This document shows, in pieces, positions 37,131-49,849 of a stretch of 64,000 nucleotides of DNA. Both the position numbers and the translations under genes were made by a program. The DNA is from Sphagnum compactum (lineage: Eukaryota), in assembly GCA_965153455.1 (NCBI GenBank), contig OZ234493.1, positions 6,200,001 to 6,264,000 of the forward strand. Direction: 5' to 3'. The number at the start of each line of letters is the position of its first letter. Within the stretch, counting starts at the first letter, position 1. Below the pieces are notes generated by a model. It was not told where the DNA came from, did no database searches, and saw only the letters and a program-made list of their open reading frames with translations.

Positions 37131-37859
37131 TTTTGGGGCAGTTCTGTGTTATAGGCAAAGTTGCAATGATCCACAAGAGGATTTAGCCAAATTTGACTAC
37201 AAAAAAAATACAAAAACAAAATTTTTAAAAACATCCTTTTACCTACTTGAACCATGTATACAAATATGGTGATATTTCTTTAATTTTGGTCGAATTATGG
37301 CTATTGAAAAATCTCTAAAAGCACATTACTTTAGCAATTTTAAGTTTTAGTATAGCATTTTGGGTATTTATAGCCAGCACAAACAAAAGCTGGTTGGAAG
37401 GAATCTTGAACTGCGTAAAGCACTAGAGAAATTCCAGTGATGAGTAATCGGAATTGGTATATGGGGGATTTTTTTGAATCCTTAGCATGATCATCCATGG
37501 ACCATTTCAAAGACAATTTCAGAAATAACTACCTCATTTTCAAGCTTAACTATTTTATTTTGTCTTAATATTTACTTCCTTTTTTTATTAACTTTCTTAA
37601 CAACTATGTCCCACCTTTTCTAATAACTACCTCCATTTTATAACTCTCTCACTTTTTTCCCTATGAAAAAACAAAAAAACATGTGTCTTTTCATGTCCAT
37701 AAAATGTAAATTAATTTAAATTAAATTTGACATAGACATAAATAATGATGAATTATTGAAAACCAAATGAAAACATAAGAAAAAAAGAAAAAAAACTGAT
37801 TGTGCTCAAATTTCTTAGCAAATTCATAAGGCACCTTACATTCATGAATATCCCACCTA

Positions 37860-38620
37860 AAATAGAAAAGAGGAGAGAGGGGATCGAATGCCTACTTCTT
37901 GAGAGAAAGAGGAATTACATGTGAGGTAGTGCTCGAGGATTAGGGTGTTCCTGAAATGAGGGCCCACTTGAGATGGGGCCAAGGGGCCCTTATTTGGGGT
38001 ACACCCTGATTTGAGAGTCTTACATTGTGTAAGGATCAAGCTTATCTTTACACAATTTTTTTGATTTTTTCTCTTTAGGTTCTTTAGTTGACTAGAAATA
38101 GAAGGCCAATTGAATAGGTAGGGTGTTCTTAGGAAAGAATATTGGTCGAGGCCAAAAATAGTGGCAACCAATTTTAAGAATAGAATCATGGCCCAAATTT
38201 AGTGGAAGCCACCACCTTCCCCTTTATAGTATACTATGTGCTTAACCACTGGACCAGCACCCATGCAACCAATGAGAAGTCATGCCATGGAGTAGGAATA
38301 AGATCCTTCTTCTCCTTCTTAAGGACTAGGTGTAAGACCCCCTGTGTTTCCTGCATATGTTGTGAGTTTATGATAAAGTTTGCCTTGTGCTTTCCAAGGG
38401 GTAAAGCCCATGCATGGTTTGGGGGACATTTGCCAAAAATGCGGGGATGGTATGGGTTCTTCAACATGATCACAAGAGATTCAACTCACAAGATGGTGTC
38501 ACTTTCTCCAGCATTCATATGGGACTTAGTGGGAAACAGACCATCTGATGCCTAGAGATTCTAAAACAAGTTTCTCTTCTCGTTGAACCCTATAAACCCA
38601 AGTGATGGAGACCCAAGTTT
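37860..38620 (-). mobile_element. Possible LINE 3' fragment (zf-RVT-like)
   Basis: The frameshifted minus-strand remnant SCDHVEEP..HFW/..CPPNHAW resembles the C..EE..H.FW.CP...W motif found after LINE RT. Weak evidence. Confidence 0.3.
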
Positions 38621-38692
38621 TCCTCTAACATGTGAAAGCACCACACGTTCTAAGGCTCACAAACAGGAACTTACTTAGGGCCTTGAAGTGGC

Positions 38693-38977
38693 GCAGCCTT
38701 GAATTTGATTGATGTGCTCTGCTGTATCAGAGTGCAAAGTACTCTTCACAATTTGGTACAAGTGCAGCCTTGAGTTTGATTGATGAGCTCTGCTGTATCA
38801 GAGTGCAAAGTACTCTTCACAATTTGGCACAAGTGCAGCCTTGAGTTTGATTGATGAGCTCCTGCTGTATCAGAGTGCAAAGTACTCTTCACAATTTGGT
38901 ACAAGTGCAGCCTTGAGTTTGATTGATGAGCTCTGCGGTATCAGAATGCAAAGTACTCTCCACAATTTGGTACAAGT
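38693..38977. repeat. Tandem repeat, 4 x 71 bp, highly homogeneous
   Basis: gcagccttgagtttgattgatgagctctgctgtatcagagtgcaaagtactcttcacaatttggtacaagt starts at 38693, 38764, 38835 and 38907. Confidence 0.97.
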
Positions 38978-39369
38978 ATTTTTATGAACTGCAGTGTGGA
39001 CTCTTTGATGACATGAACATTAGATGCAGGTTTTCTTTCCACTAACCCAAACAAACACTATGTTGAAACCCCGCAGAAAAACTCATCCAGCACCAAGCTT
39101 CCTTCCTTGCATGTAAGATTCTCACATGCGTGCTCTCGTGTGGCAAAAGTTGTAAAAGGGAAGGAATTCAATGAACCCATGGGAGGAAGACCGGTCTGCT
39201 CTTATGTTCTCAATTTTTGTAGCAATCCTCGGAAAGCCAATGTCACTAAGAAATCATAACTGCAAATCTGAGTCCATATATACTCACAAAAGATGGTAAG
39301 AATTTTTTTCCTTGATGCTTTGGGGGAGAAGAGGAAGACGGGTTGGGTCGCTTCAACTTTGCTCAAAGC

Positions 39370-39747
39370 TCAATTTTGAGGCGATCCGCACTGAGGGCAA
39401 AACCGGAAGGATGGATCGACAGGCGACGAGCATGACCAGCAGCGTATCATTGGAGCCGTGGGTGTCCAATCATGTTGCCTGCTTCTTGATGCAGCAGGAG
39501 GAAGCTTGAAGCTCTTGAGGCTGGCCTCTTGGAGCGTCCGGGGCACGGGCATGAGGAATCCGCAAGTTTCACACGCGATCGCCGGGTTGTCGCCGCTCCA
39601 ACGCCACAAGGGAATGAAGAAGGCGCGAAACACATTGTCGTACTCCACAAGATCTGCTGAGCACCCGCATCGAGGGCACAGTGCAAACCCTTTTTCTAAC
39701 ACGTTTCGCACTTCTTGGGTCACCCCACCGAAAAAGAAGAAGAACAT
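39370..39747 (-). CDS. Intronless 125-aa double zinc-ribbon protein of unknown function (zinc_ribbon_15-like N-terminal domain plus C-terminal CxxC..FCPxCG ribbon)
   Basis: ATG at 39747, MFFFFFGGVTQEVRNVL...CPRCG...FFIPLWRW...CETCG...CWSC...FRFCPQCGSP, with four CxxC pairs. It resembles a conserved small plant family starting MFFFFVGG and is GC-rich relative to its flanks. Confidence 0.88.
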   Translation of the reverse strand: MFFFFFGGVTQEVRNVLEKGFALCPRCGCSADLVEYDNVFRAFFIPLWRWSGDNPAIACETCGFLMPVPRTLQEASLKSFKLPPAASRSRQHDWTPTAPMIRCWSCSSPVDPSFRFCPQCGSPQN

Positions 39748-40297
39748 CTCTCTGCTCGATTCAATTCGCTCACTGCTCGTCTTTCCTTTCTTCTGAAACA
39801 ACACAAAACAAAACTTGCATAATCCAATTAAGACCTTCAATGCTAGATCTCTGTTTTTCTCTACCCACCCACTCTTCCACCTTGTTCGTATCAGACCCAA
39901 ACATGGGCCTCTCAATCTGAAAGGGGGGAAAAACAAAAACTACTCAAGAATATGGGATCAAAGTGTCAGGATGAACGTAGTGACCGCCAGATTCTAGAAC
40001 CTCCTGCTCCGTTCCAATCCAGCAAAGACTCGTTGTGCATGGCAATACCTCGGATGACGAAGAAGGACATTTGTGAAGTGCACAACAAGTGTTCTATAAT
40101 TGGGAAAACCCCACCCGCGCAACCATCTCGCTCAGTGATGTGCGAGTTTTGTCTCAGTGTAGTTCGCTTCGCCTCCACTTCTCCATCTCAGTTTTGCACT
40201 CTCTGGCTTCTTTCCTACCAAAAACCAGCGGTCTTCAGAACGGAAACTCTGTAAATTACACAAACTTTTTGGACTAGGCAATCTGCTTGTTAATTAT

Positions 40298-40445
40298 AGG
40301 TCTGGAGTGGCAGATTATGTCATTTTCTTGACTGCATTATACGACGTAATCTTCTGGTGATGATCATACACTTGTAATAGTGACCAAAATGTGCTTGTTT
40401 GGACATGATGTTTTTTTGAAACTGTCAATCTGCCACTCCAGACCT
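40298..40445. mobile_element. 148-bp MITE-like element with perfect 19-bp TIRs, followed by a local duplication (about 40527-40725)
   Basis: aggtctggagtggcagatt (40298-40316) is the exact reverse complement of aatctgccactccagacct (40427-40445). The flanks are tat and taa. Most of the element plus its right flank is repeated at about 40527-40725. Confidence 0.8.
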
Positions 40446-43400
40446 TAATGTCATGGAATGGTCTTGCCCATCATGTTGGGTGTAATGGGCTCATTTAGTC
40501 ACTTACCCAACATAACCAACCTCAGGAGATTATGTCACTTTCTTGACTGCAATATATGACGTAATCTTCCAGTGATGATCATTACACTTGTAATAGTGAC
40601 CAAAATGTGCTTGTTTGGACATGATTTATTTTTTGAATTGTTAATCTGCCACCCCAGACCTTAATGTCATGGAATGGTCTTGCCCATCATGTTGGGTGTA
40701 AACCCAACATAACCAACCTCAGGAGGTGCAATAGCATGCTAGTGGATGGCTTCATGCAGATTAGAAGCCATAACCTGCATGTGTGAAGACATGTGAAGCA
40801 CCTTGAGGGTCTGCCACCATAATGTGTCACTGCAAACAATAGGTTCTATTTGGTAACTGGCTCGAGCTGCCCAGTTACAGCACAGCACATAATCTCGTTG
40901 TTCTTGTGGCTTGATTAGATGTAGTAAACCAGCAACTCTTGCTAGGATAAGGAGTATGCAATTTACATGAAGGAACATCAGGACATCAGGAATGGCTAAT
41001 AGTTGTGGGGGAAGTAAATCGACGAAAGAAGTTCATCCTCAAGAATCACATCAAAGTTGCTAGAGAGAGCAAAAAAGAGTTGCAAATACACCTCAGCAGG
41101 AAGGCACTAGAGGAGGTGGAAAGCAAGAAGAGGGCACTGGAGAACGCTACAAAGGTTTTCTTGTATGACAAAATGTTGCAGAGTCAGGATGTTGGGTTAA
41201 AATAGGTTCTTTCAGAAGCTAAAAACCTCCATGATTCAATTATATACTACCAACAAGAAGAAGAAGAAGAAGATATGGTTCAGAAATTAGATGCAACTCA
41301 TGCAGAGATACAAGATTTGGAGGAGCAATAGAAGAGCAGTGAGAAAAAAGAAGGGGAGGATGACAAAGTGCAAATTCTATCAAATACGTCAATGCCTACA
41401 CCTGGTTTGATACAAGAAATGAAGTGGTTGGAGGTGGAATTGGCCAAGAAGGCTACTGGCAAAGCAATAATGGAGCAATAGAAAAATGAAGTTCCAACTT
41501 CCGTTTCAACTAGAGAAGCTCTATTTTTAACTCCACAAAGAAGAATCCATGTGAATAAGGATGTTATTGGGAGAATCACACATGTTAATCCAAGATTTGT
41601 ATTAAACAAGCACCAAGATCAATCTTTGTCGAGAGAATACACCTATCGTAAAGGTAGTGGGCTTGAAACCTTGTACCCTAAGTGACATGTTACATATACT
41701 CAAGGAACTAGAGTATTTGTTGTTGTCAGTACCCATCTAGAAACCTATTACATATTTTATTGGCTTTAGACTTGCTTAGCACTCAGATTTTCCCCTCTAG
41801 TGTTGGGGACACTCATCAAGTTGGAGGATTTCAAATTGTTGTGGAAACTTGCCAAGCTAGAATATCGTTGTGGCTTCTAGTATTATTTGTGGCTATAACG
41901 ACTTCAATGAATCCCATGGTTATGGAAGGCTAAAGTATCTCATAGGTTGTGTGGGGGTCTATGCAATGTGCTACTATAGCAAATTGGAAGTGGTTATCAT
42001 AAGTACCAAACTACACAATTTGGCAAACCAAGCTTAAAAGCAAGTGCATGGTTGGGTGGACTTAAAGGGGACAAGAAAAAACATCCATTAAAGTTCATTT
42101 TATAATGTATTTTATATTGTGACACAATGCACAACGATACCACAATTACAAATCTTAAGTTCTTTTTCCATTGAAAATTTATTATATTTAGAGGTCATTG
42201 AGTAAAATCCCAATATCAATCAACTTATTTTCAATATATTATGGACTCCTTTTAAGAAAATTGGTTCTACCATGAAGGAAAATCCATAATTCCATAATTT
42301 CATTTAATATGATGCAAAACTTTTCAAATTTATTTTCATCATTAAAATGAATTCAAGTTTGTCACAAAATTAAGATGAAATCATCAACCTTAATAAAAAT
42401 CCAATGACCTTTACACCCCTTAAGTTCAAATTCAAAAGTCCATAACTTTTAAATTTTTATTTTTTAAGCATCACAATCAATTGGCCTATGTATATATCCA
42501 AAGTTTACAACCTAAAAATAAGTTCCTTTTGGCAAAGTTTAACATATGCCATAAAAATAAACAATTGCAATCACACCTAGTACAAAAAAAACTATCATTA
42601 TTACTCCAAAAATGATCCGCCCAACCATGCACTTGCCTTTCACTATGGCATATATTGAGGAGATACTAGATTGCATTTAGGTATGCATGAAAATGAGAGG
42701 CACAAGTGGGATAGATTCATAGTTCATGCTTAAAACTTCATTAGAAAGTGGAATTTTCAAAAGCAATGGCAAAAATTTAGTGGTGGTGCAATATGCCAAA
42801 ACCTAATTTTGGTTGTGTTCAAGCACATCTTGGAAAAGACTTTTATGCATTATGGGTAACCATTAATCCACATGACATTTGTTGAAATCATTACATTTAA
42901 GACTAGGAATTTTACCTTGTGACAATACTAACAATGTATTCTTCACCCAAATAATAATTAGTTTACATGACATCCAAATTAGTCCACCCAACCATGCATC
43001 GACCCTAGAAAGGGATAGCCGGAAATAGTTATAATTGATTATATGATAATATAAATAAGCAAAATTGAAAAACAATGAACTCTCTCAATCCCTTTGTAAT
43101 TTTGTGACTATTGTAAAATTTTATTTTCATTGTGTGTAAGTTTGTGAATTGAGTATAACAATATTGTTTTCTTATGGAGGTGAAAGGGATGGTGTGGGGG
43201 TTGTTTTGGAAATGATTAAGATGAAAGGAAAATGATGGAAGTGGAAATCATTGATGTAACTCCTGACTAGAGCTTAGTAAAATGCTTCAAAATGATGTTT
43301 AAGTTATACAAATAGTGGTACAATATCGAGGTTAATGAAATCATTTCCAAAGTTAGAAATCTATTTTGAGTATTTCAATATGTGGCTTTTGGAATAATAA

Positions 43401-45849
43401 AAAGGGACAAGAACCCAATAGTGATAAAATAATAAAATAATATTGTAAGATGTTACCATTAACAGTGGATGATCCAATAATATTTCTTTTAATAATAATC
43501 TTCATCATGGCACTAAATGATGGAATTGAACAACTAAAGAAAAACAACACACCAACTACAAGGTGATTCATGAGGTATTTGAATTGGATTGGGTATAGAC
43601 CCTAGGGTGTTGTACCTATTGTGCAAACACATATCTAATGTTAGGGTGGTTATGCGGTAACAAAAATTTTGTTTAAAAAAAGAAATTAATTGGTCACCAC
43701 ATTTGGACAATCGAAATTTTACTATTATTATTATCATTATTAAACAAGCAAAATAGTCACAAACAACATTTTTAGTCATCTAAAATAAGTCACAAAATGG
43801 GGTTTTTTAACTAACCAGTGCTAGTCATCAATCTAGGTTATTTCACTAACTAATTACATTCACAAGTGGAGGTTGGAGATTTAGAAGGTTGGATCTTTCG
43901 AAAATTCAGGCAAAAGGGAGGAATAATGCAAAGAAAACCGTGGGAATCACAACATGGTGCAACAAAGGTGTTGAAACGTGTTTTTTACAGGTATTGTTTC
44001 ATCTCGAAATGCATTCACTTTGGTTGGTGCTGACTAAGGGGGAAATTCACCTAAGGTTGAATTCATATGATTTGCTTTTGACCTTTCTTGGTTGGTATCA
44101 ACCATTGGCCATAACCCATCCTTGGGTCTTTCTAAATCATTGGTGGTACTTGATCCTTAGGTCAATGCCGACCAACAAAGGTTGTTTGTGGGTCAATGGG
44201 TGGAGTCTAACATGTTTTCTTCTTGAAGTTTTTCCTTTAACTATTGTTGATATCTTATTTTTTTTCCTACTTTAGAATTAAGCGACTTCATGTGTATTGA
44301 AAAAACACAATAGTCTTCTCAACATTTTTTTTAACTCCAACAACTTTCAAACTTATATAATCTTATGGTTTTTTCTTGCAAGTAATTATTCCATGTATTA
44401 TTCCTGAGGAATGTCATCCTTGAACTTCTTTGGCTATTCAAGATGTGGTGCAATCCCAAATTTGATAGCCATGTACATGAAAGATATTGTAAAGGATCGG
44501 GGTTCTACTCACCTTGAAACTTGCAACTGGTATTTCATCTACTCACCTAATTGTATGCCTATGCTAGAGAAGACACTAAGGGAGAAGTATGGTGTGGGTT
44601 TCATGGACAAGCTTGCATCATCTTAAGGATCTCCATTTCTCACATTTCAGAACAATGAGTCCCACACAAAACAATGCATTCAAGCTACTTTGAACAAATG
44701 TGATGACACATCTCGATTATCAAAATATGGTAGATTTCAACCAGTCAAAGTGGAAGGAAAAAATTGTGGCTCAAATTTTATATTAACAAAATAGAAAAAA
44801 ACATGTTACAAAATGGAAATTCAATCTAAAAGTTTTAGACAACAATATTTGATTGTTATGGTTCATCTTTTTTGTGATGAACCTTTGTATGCGAAAAGAA
44901 AAATCTTTACCATAGTAGCTTGGGCATATATTTAAATCTATAGTCAAAGTTTGTATTTTGATCAAAAGGATCATCTTTTAAATGTTCTTGTAATATATTT
45001 TTCAACCTTGAATGTTTATGCATGCAATTTCAAATCAATTTCGTGTTTATATATATTGATGGAATGTATTAAGTTGCAAAGTAGTGCTACATAGTACACA
45101 CATAATTGTAATTGAAGAAAACATTGGTTGGCATTTAATTGTTTTTAAACACTAGTTGTCACTTAAAGGTAATCGATAATTTAAACAATTATTGAACAAT
45201 TTTATGTGACCCAACAATGTAACATCCAATTGTAAACTACAGTCCATTGTTGGGGAATACAAATATAGAATAATATTCAATATGAACACAATAGTTGTTT
45301 TTTAGTTACAATATCCCTATAATTAGTTACTACATAATAGTTTAATAGTTGCCCTTTGCAACCTTTTGAAACTTTGTGGCAACTAAACCCAATGGTTTTA
45401 TTTTAGTTGTGAAAATGTTATTTTATGTTAGACATGTAGTTATTAAATAATATTAGAGTAGCAACATTATAGTTGTTTTGAATAATTTACATAGTTTTAA
45501 GTTTGTCTAATTATTTGACAATTAGTTATCATGTTACCTACTATTCTAAGGGCTAACTAGGTGACAACAATGAAACAACATAACAACTACTATACAACAA
45601 TGGTGAAAGGAAGAAATTGTTTAATATTCATTTAACAACAGACATCCACAATTTTAATTTCAAGGTAGTTGCCATGTGGTGGGCTTGTAATTTTACATAT
45701 GTGTACTACAATGTGCACGCATGTTAGTTGTCACCAAGTGGCAATGTAACTCCACTTTGTAATATGTTCTTACTACACCCGTGATTTTATTCTTATATTT
45801 CAAGGTAGAAGGAGTAGAGTTTGTTTTTAAGTAAAGTATTGAGATAAAA

Positions 45850-46137
45850 GTGTGCAAAAGAGTTGTAACGAAAATGAAAACAATTCATGATCATGGATGG
45901 ATGAAATATAACATCAGCATGATGTTGTAAACTGTAGTTGTTTTTATGAAGTTGTAATAGGGTTGCATGAGTTGCATACATATATGGTTGCACATACAGT
46001 GAGTTGCATCTGCTACAACTTATGCAATTCATTTCATAGGAATCATGGCATAGAAATACAATGAGTTGCATGTGATCGCTGCAACTCAAAAATTCAATTG
46101 CAAGCCCAATTATAAATCACCCATTTTTTTCATTGTG
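45850..46137. mobile_element. Possible CACTA-type element end with ttgcaac/gttgca subterminal repeats
   Basis: Dense gttgca/tgcaac motifs end in ccatttttttcattgtg, resembling a degenerate ...TAGTG terminus. Confidence 0.3.
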
Positions 46138-48950
46138 AAGGTATTGAATTGGGGTTTTGGGGAGTTTAACAATAAGTTTGATAAGGATGCCACTTTTTCC
46201 TTGCACTAATAAACCAAAAAAATGATGCACCATTTGTGTTAAAATAATGATAAAATAATGAAAATTTGAAAGAATTCCTTAGTGGAATACATGGCAAGAA
46301 AAGTAACATGGATTGGCATGGGATCAAATTGAACCACCTCCCATACATTTACATCTAAATTGGACATTTTCAAGGTCTTAAAGACAACCTTCGCTTTAAG
46401 GCAAGTAGACAAACAAGTTGGATGATGTGACCTCACGTTTGTCAAATTTTATTGAAAGTAATTATGAACATTGCCAATTCTCAAATTTGTAGCATAATAC
46501 AAACCAAAGGCACCTCCTTAGTTCTTATAAATAAATAGAACATGGGAGCCCTAGGATTGGACTAAGACAAGCTCATCAAATTAAATTCAAGGTCATGAAG
46601 ATAATTTGCATAAACCAAAAAAGAGGGTGGGTAATGCAAATTGGTGCACTAATGAGCCATGGGCTAACATAGACTTACAAAACACACCATGGCTTGGAGT
46701 TGGGAAGAGCCACCACTTTCCTCCCTATAATATATTATGTAAACATTGACATGGATTACATTGAGTGATATAAATTCCCAATTGAAAACCTTGAAATTAT
46801 CAAGTTATGAATCTCCTTACTTTGTGGATTCATAAATCCCTCATATAAACTTTGATTCAAAAAATTTCAAAAAAAATTATGGCTTTGAAAAAAAATTCCA
46901 ACACATATCAAGCTTTCAAATTGGAGTTCGTTTGAGCCTTTGGTTGGATGTCTTAATGGTCAAGAGTTGAATTGCTAGTTTGATTTTTGATCATTCAATT
47001 GGCCATAGCTTGAGTTTTATGTCTCCAAATTGGGAATGGATGTATATCCATGGATTCAACAATCCCAACTATAAGAAACAAATAAAATGCAAGAAAAGCC
47101 CATATTGTTGAAACTAAGCACCATGATTTTTAGAAACTCAAGTGACATCAAAGCAAAAACAAAACTCAAGGAAACAATGATGTGGCATAAAGGTAACTCT
47201 ACCAATCCGCTTAACTTTGTTGCAATTATACCAAATGGGACCAACTACCTTCACCAATTTGTACTTTTGTTCACCACTATTGTTACATTACAATCTTTTG
47301 TATTAAAAAAACCTAGGTACATCTACTTGCAAAGATAAACGAAACAAAAATAGAAGAAGCATCTACCTTCTTTGGAAAACATGTCATTTACATTCCGAAC
47401 ACATCAAAGTACATCTTTTTTTTCAACTCCTTTCCTAAACTCCAAGAAGCAAACAAGAGATAATGAGGAACCAAAAAAGGTTCCTCACCACCCGTAAACC
47501 TAAAGGGCACTTCATCCTCTCCTACCATTAAAGTGATTAACCCAAATTCCTCCACAAGTCCTTATTTAATGGCAAATGAGTTGCCAACCATCTTATCTTC
47601 TAGAACTAATTACTCCAATAGCTTTCTCCCTCGATAAATAAGATATTATAAATTTACACCTACCATTAATAACTAATAAACTAGATTAGTTAAACTAACA
47701 ATTTACCCATTAACAAAGCCTCACCTTACATATATACTTTTCGAAAAAAAATCAATTTTTTTTTTGAAAGGGCTCAATTTTGGATAAGGTTTGATTCCCC
47801 AAACCTTGTTTCAAAGTTCTTTGACATTTCAAAACTCCTAATTCCTAAAGTGGGAATCCATTTGGGAGTGTTAGGATTCACTTTCTTGCATTTCTTTACA
47901 TTGTCTTGCATTTATTCTTATGTGCTTGAATCCTAGGGCAGTCTCTCGTTTTTCTTATCATGCCTTAACCTTGTTGCGAACTCAAATTTGAGGTCACAAT
48001 ACTAACCTTGTAGTGAAATGTTCATGCTTTGAAATATGTTCATATTGAGTTGGCTAGTCATGACCAACACAAGGTGTCATAAATTTCATTTGTGTATTGG
48101 AATTGTAGATAATGTGGATTGAGGGTCAATGAGACTCTATTGTCATTATTTATACATTGATAGGCTTACTATTGGTCAGGTTTTGTTGATTGAAAGATGA
48201 GTTGTATCAAGTGGCATGGGCCAAGTCCAAATTTAGCTTAGGATTCATTTGGTGGACTTGGAAGAACCTCTTCAAAATGAAGCTTTGATAATTAGGATAG
48301 TTAACATTTAAGTGACATTTGACTAAAACTTTGATGAGACTTCAGGTGACTATTGAGTGAATGAACCATAATTTTGCATGGCTAATTGATTTTTGGAATT
48401 CTAGAAGCTTCTTTTTGGGGGTGGGATCTTTGGAAAGAGAAGGAAAGACTGTAGAGGGGAGGAAGATCTAGAGAGACAATTTGCATGAGGAGGATGGCAT
48501 GCATGGAAAGGAAGGACTGAATTATCATGTGATTTTACAGGACTAAGCTAGGACTGTTTTTTGATGGCAAGTGTCAAATTTTGCAGTAAAGAAGAAAGGT
48601 CCATTTTTTGTTCAGAGCTTTAAGTGTGTTTTGAATGATTCAAACCTTGCACCTAGAATGAGCCTAATGAGTTCAGAAAAATTTCTGCTTTTTATCTGAT
48701 CAAAATTGGCCTCTATATGTTTCATAGAATCAAATGCAAGTGTGGGTGTGCATGGATTTATGGTGAATTTTATTTGGAGTAGGCTAAATTAAGTATTGTA
48801 TAAGCTAATAGCACCTTTTTGACCATCCTTGCCTACCTATTGTGATAATTTTGAGTAAGTGACCAGTCGAACAAGACCAACAGAATAGTGGCATGAGAAG
48901 GATAGTCAAGGGGGGAGGAAAGTGGTTGGATGTTCTTGGTATGCCACTAT

Positions 48951-49005
48951 GAAGTGCACATGTAGTCATTATGCATTTGTGTGCAAATGACTACATGTGT
49001 ACTTC
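48951..49005. other. Near-perfect 55-nt hairpin
   Basis: gaagtgcacatgtagtcatt-a-tgca-tttgtg-tgca-aatgactacatgtgtacttc forms a 20-bp stem with one G:U pair, a 1-nt bulge and 4 more base pairs. Confidence 0.85.
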
Positions 49006-49849
49006 CCAGGAGGTGTTGTGTACATATATATACATCATGTGTTGTTTTTCAACTTACATGAGCACAAACGATAGCCTTAAAACCTAAACCCTAACTTAGT
49101 TTTTTTTGTTTATCACAACTGTAGCATAAGAATCTCCCATACAGTGTTGGAGTTCAGTCAATGGATCACCCAAGAGCCATTGATTTGTTGGCTGATCAAA
49201 ATCTTATTACAATTGATCGGGTTGCAGAGAAAATAATCCACAACATTCATTTGAAGCTAACATGACCATTGAGAATTAGCAGTCATAAGTCATGATGCGT
49301 GAGTAAATCCCAAGTGTCCAACTGTGAACTTCAAGAGTGGCTTGCGTCATTACACTCCCCACTGGCTTCATCACCTCCTGAGACTGGCTGCAGGTAAGTA
49401 TATAATAATGAGCCCAAACTCCTGGACAAACCATTATACAAACATCTGTGTCCTAAGTTTGTGTCACATCTCCACAATGAACAGAAGACTCAGTTTTGTT
49501 GTTGGCTAGCACTTCAACAGACATAGCTAACAAAAGTCAATAGTCCTCATCCAAACTACAATCTTTAGGGTAAGCTTCATTTCATTTAGCTTGTCCCTGT
49601 ACAAGTTAGCATCTAAGACTAGCATTGAGAGGCCTATATAGAGGGGTAATGGATGGGGCCTCTTGCACCCTGACCATATCCTTTTAAAAACCTGAACATA
49701 TCATATACAACAGTATGTGAATATATTCTTTCGGTAAGCCCTGACAACATAAGAGCTTCAAACATGCCTCCCTCCTGCCTTTTAAACTCATGCATAAACC
49801 ACCGTGCCAGTACCCTACATCAGGTGAATGCTCAAAGAAATTTCCACAG

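Noticed and set aside
38693..38977. Possible CRISPR array
   Set aside because: The units are contiguous with no unique spacers, the context is eukaryotic and there are no cas genes.
39748..39936. N-terminal extension of the zinc-ribbon ORF to 188 aa
   Set aside because: It depends on a non-ATG start, and the family-like N-terminus begins at ATG 39747.
40950..48700. Short ORFs and coding-like fragments (e.g. 41005-41205, 43889-44275)
   Set aside because: They are stop-ridden with no identifiable domain, most likely mixed repeat remnants that need a repeat library to resolve.
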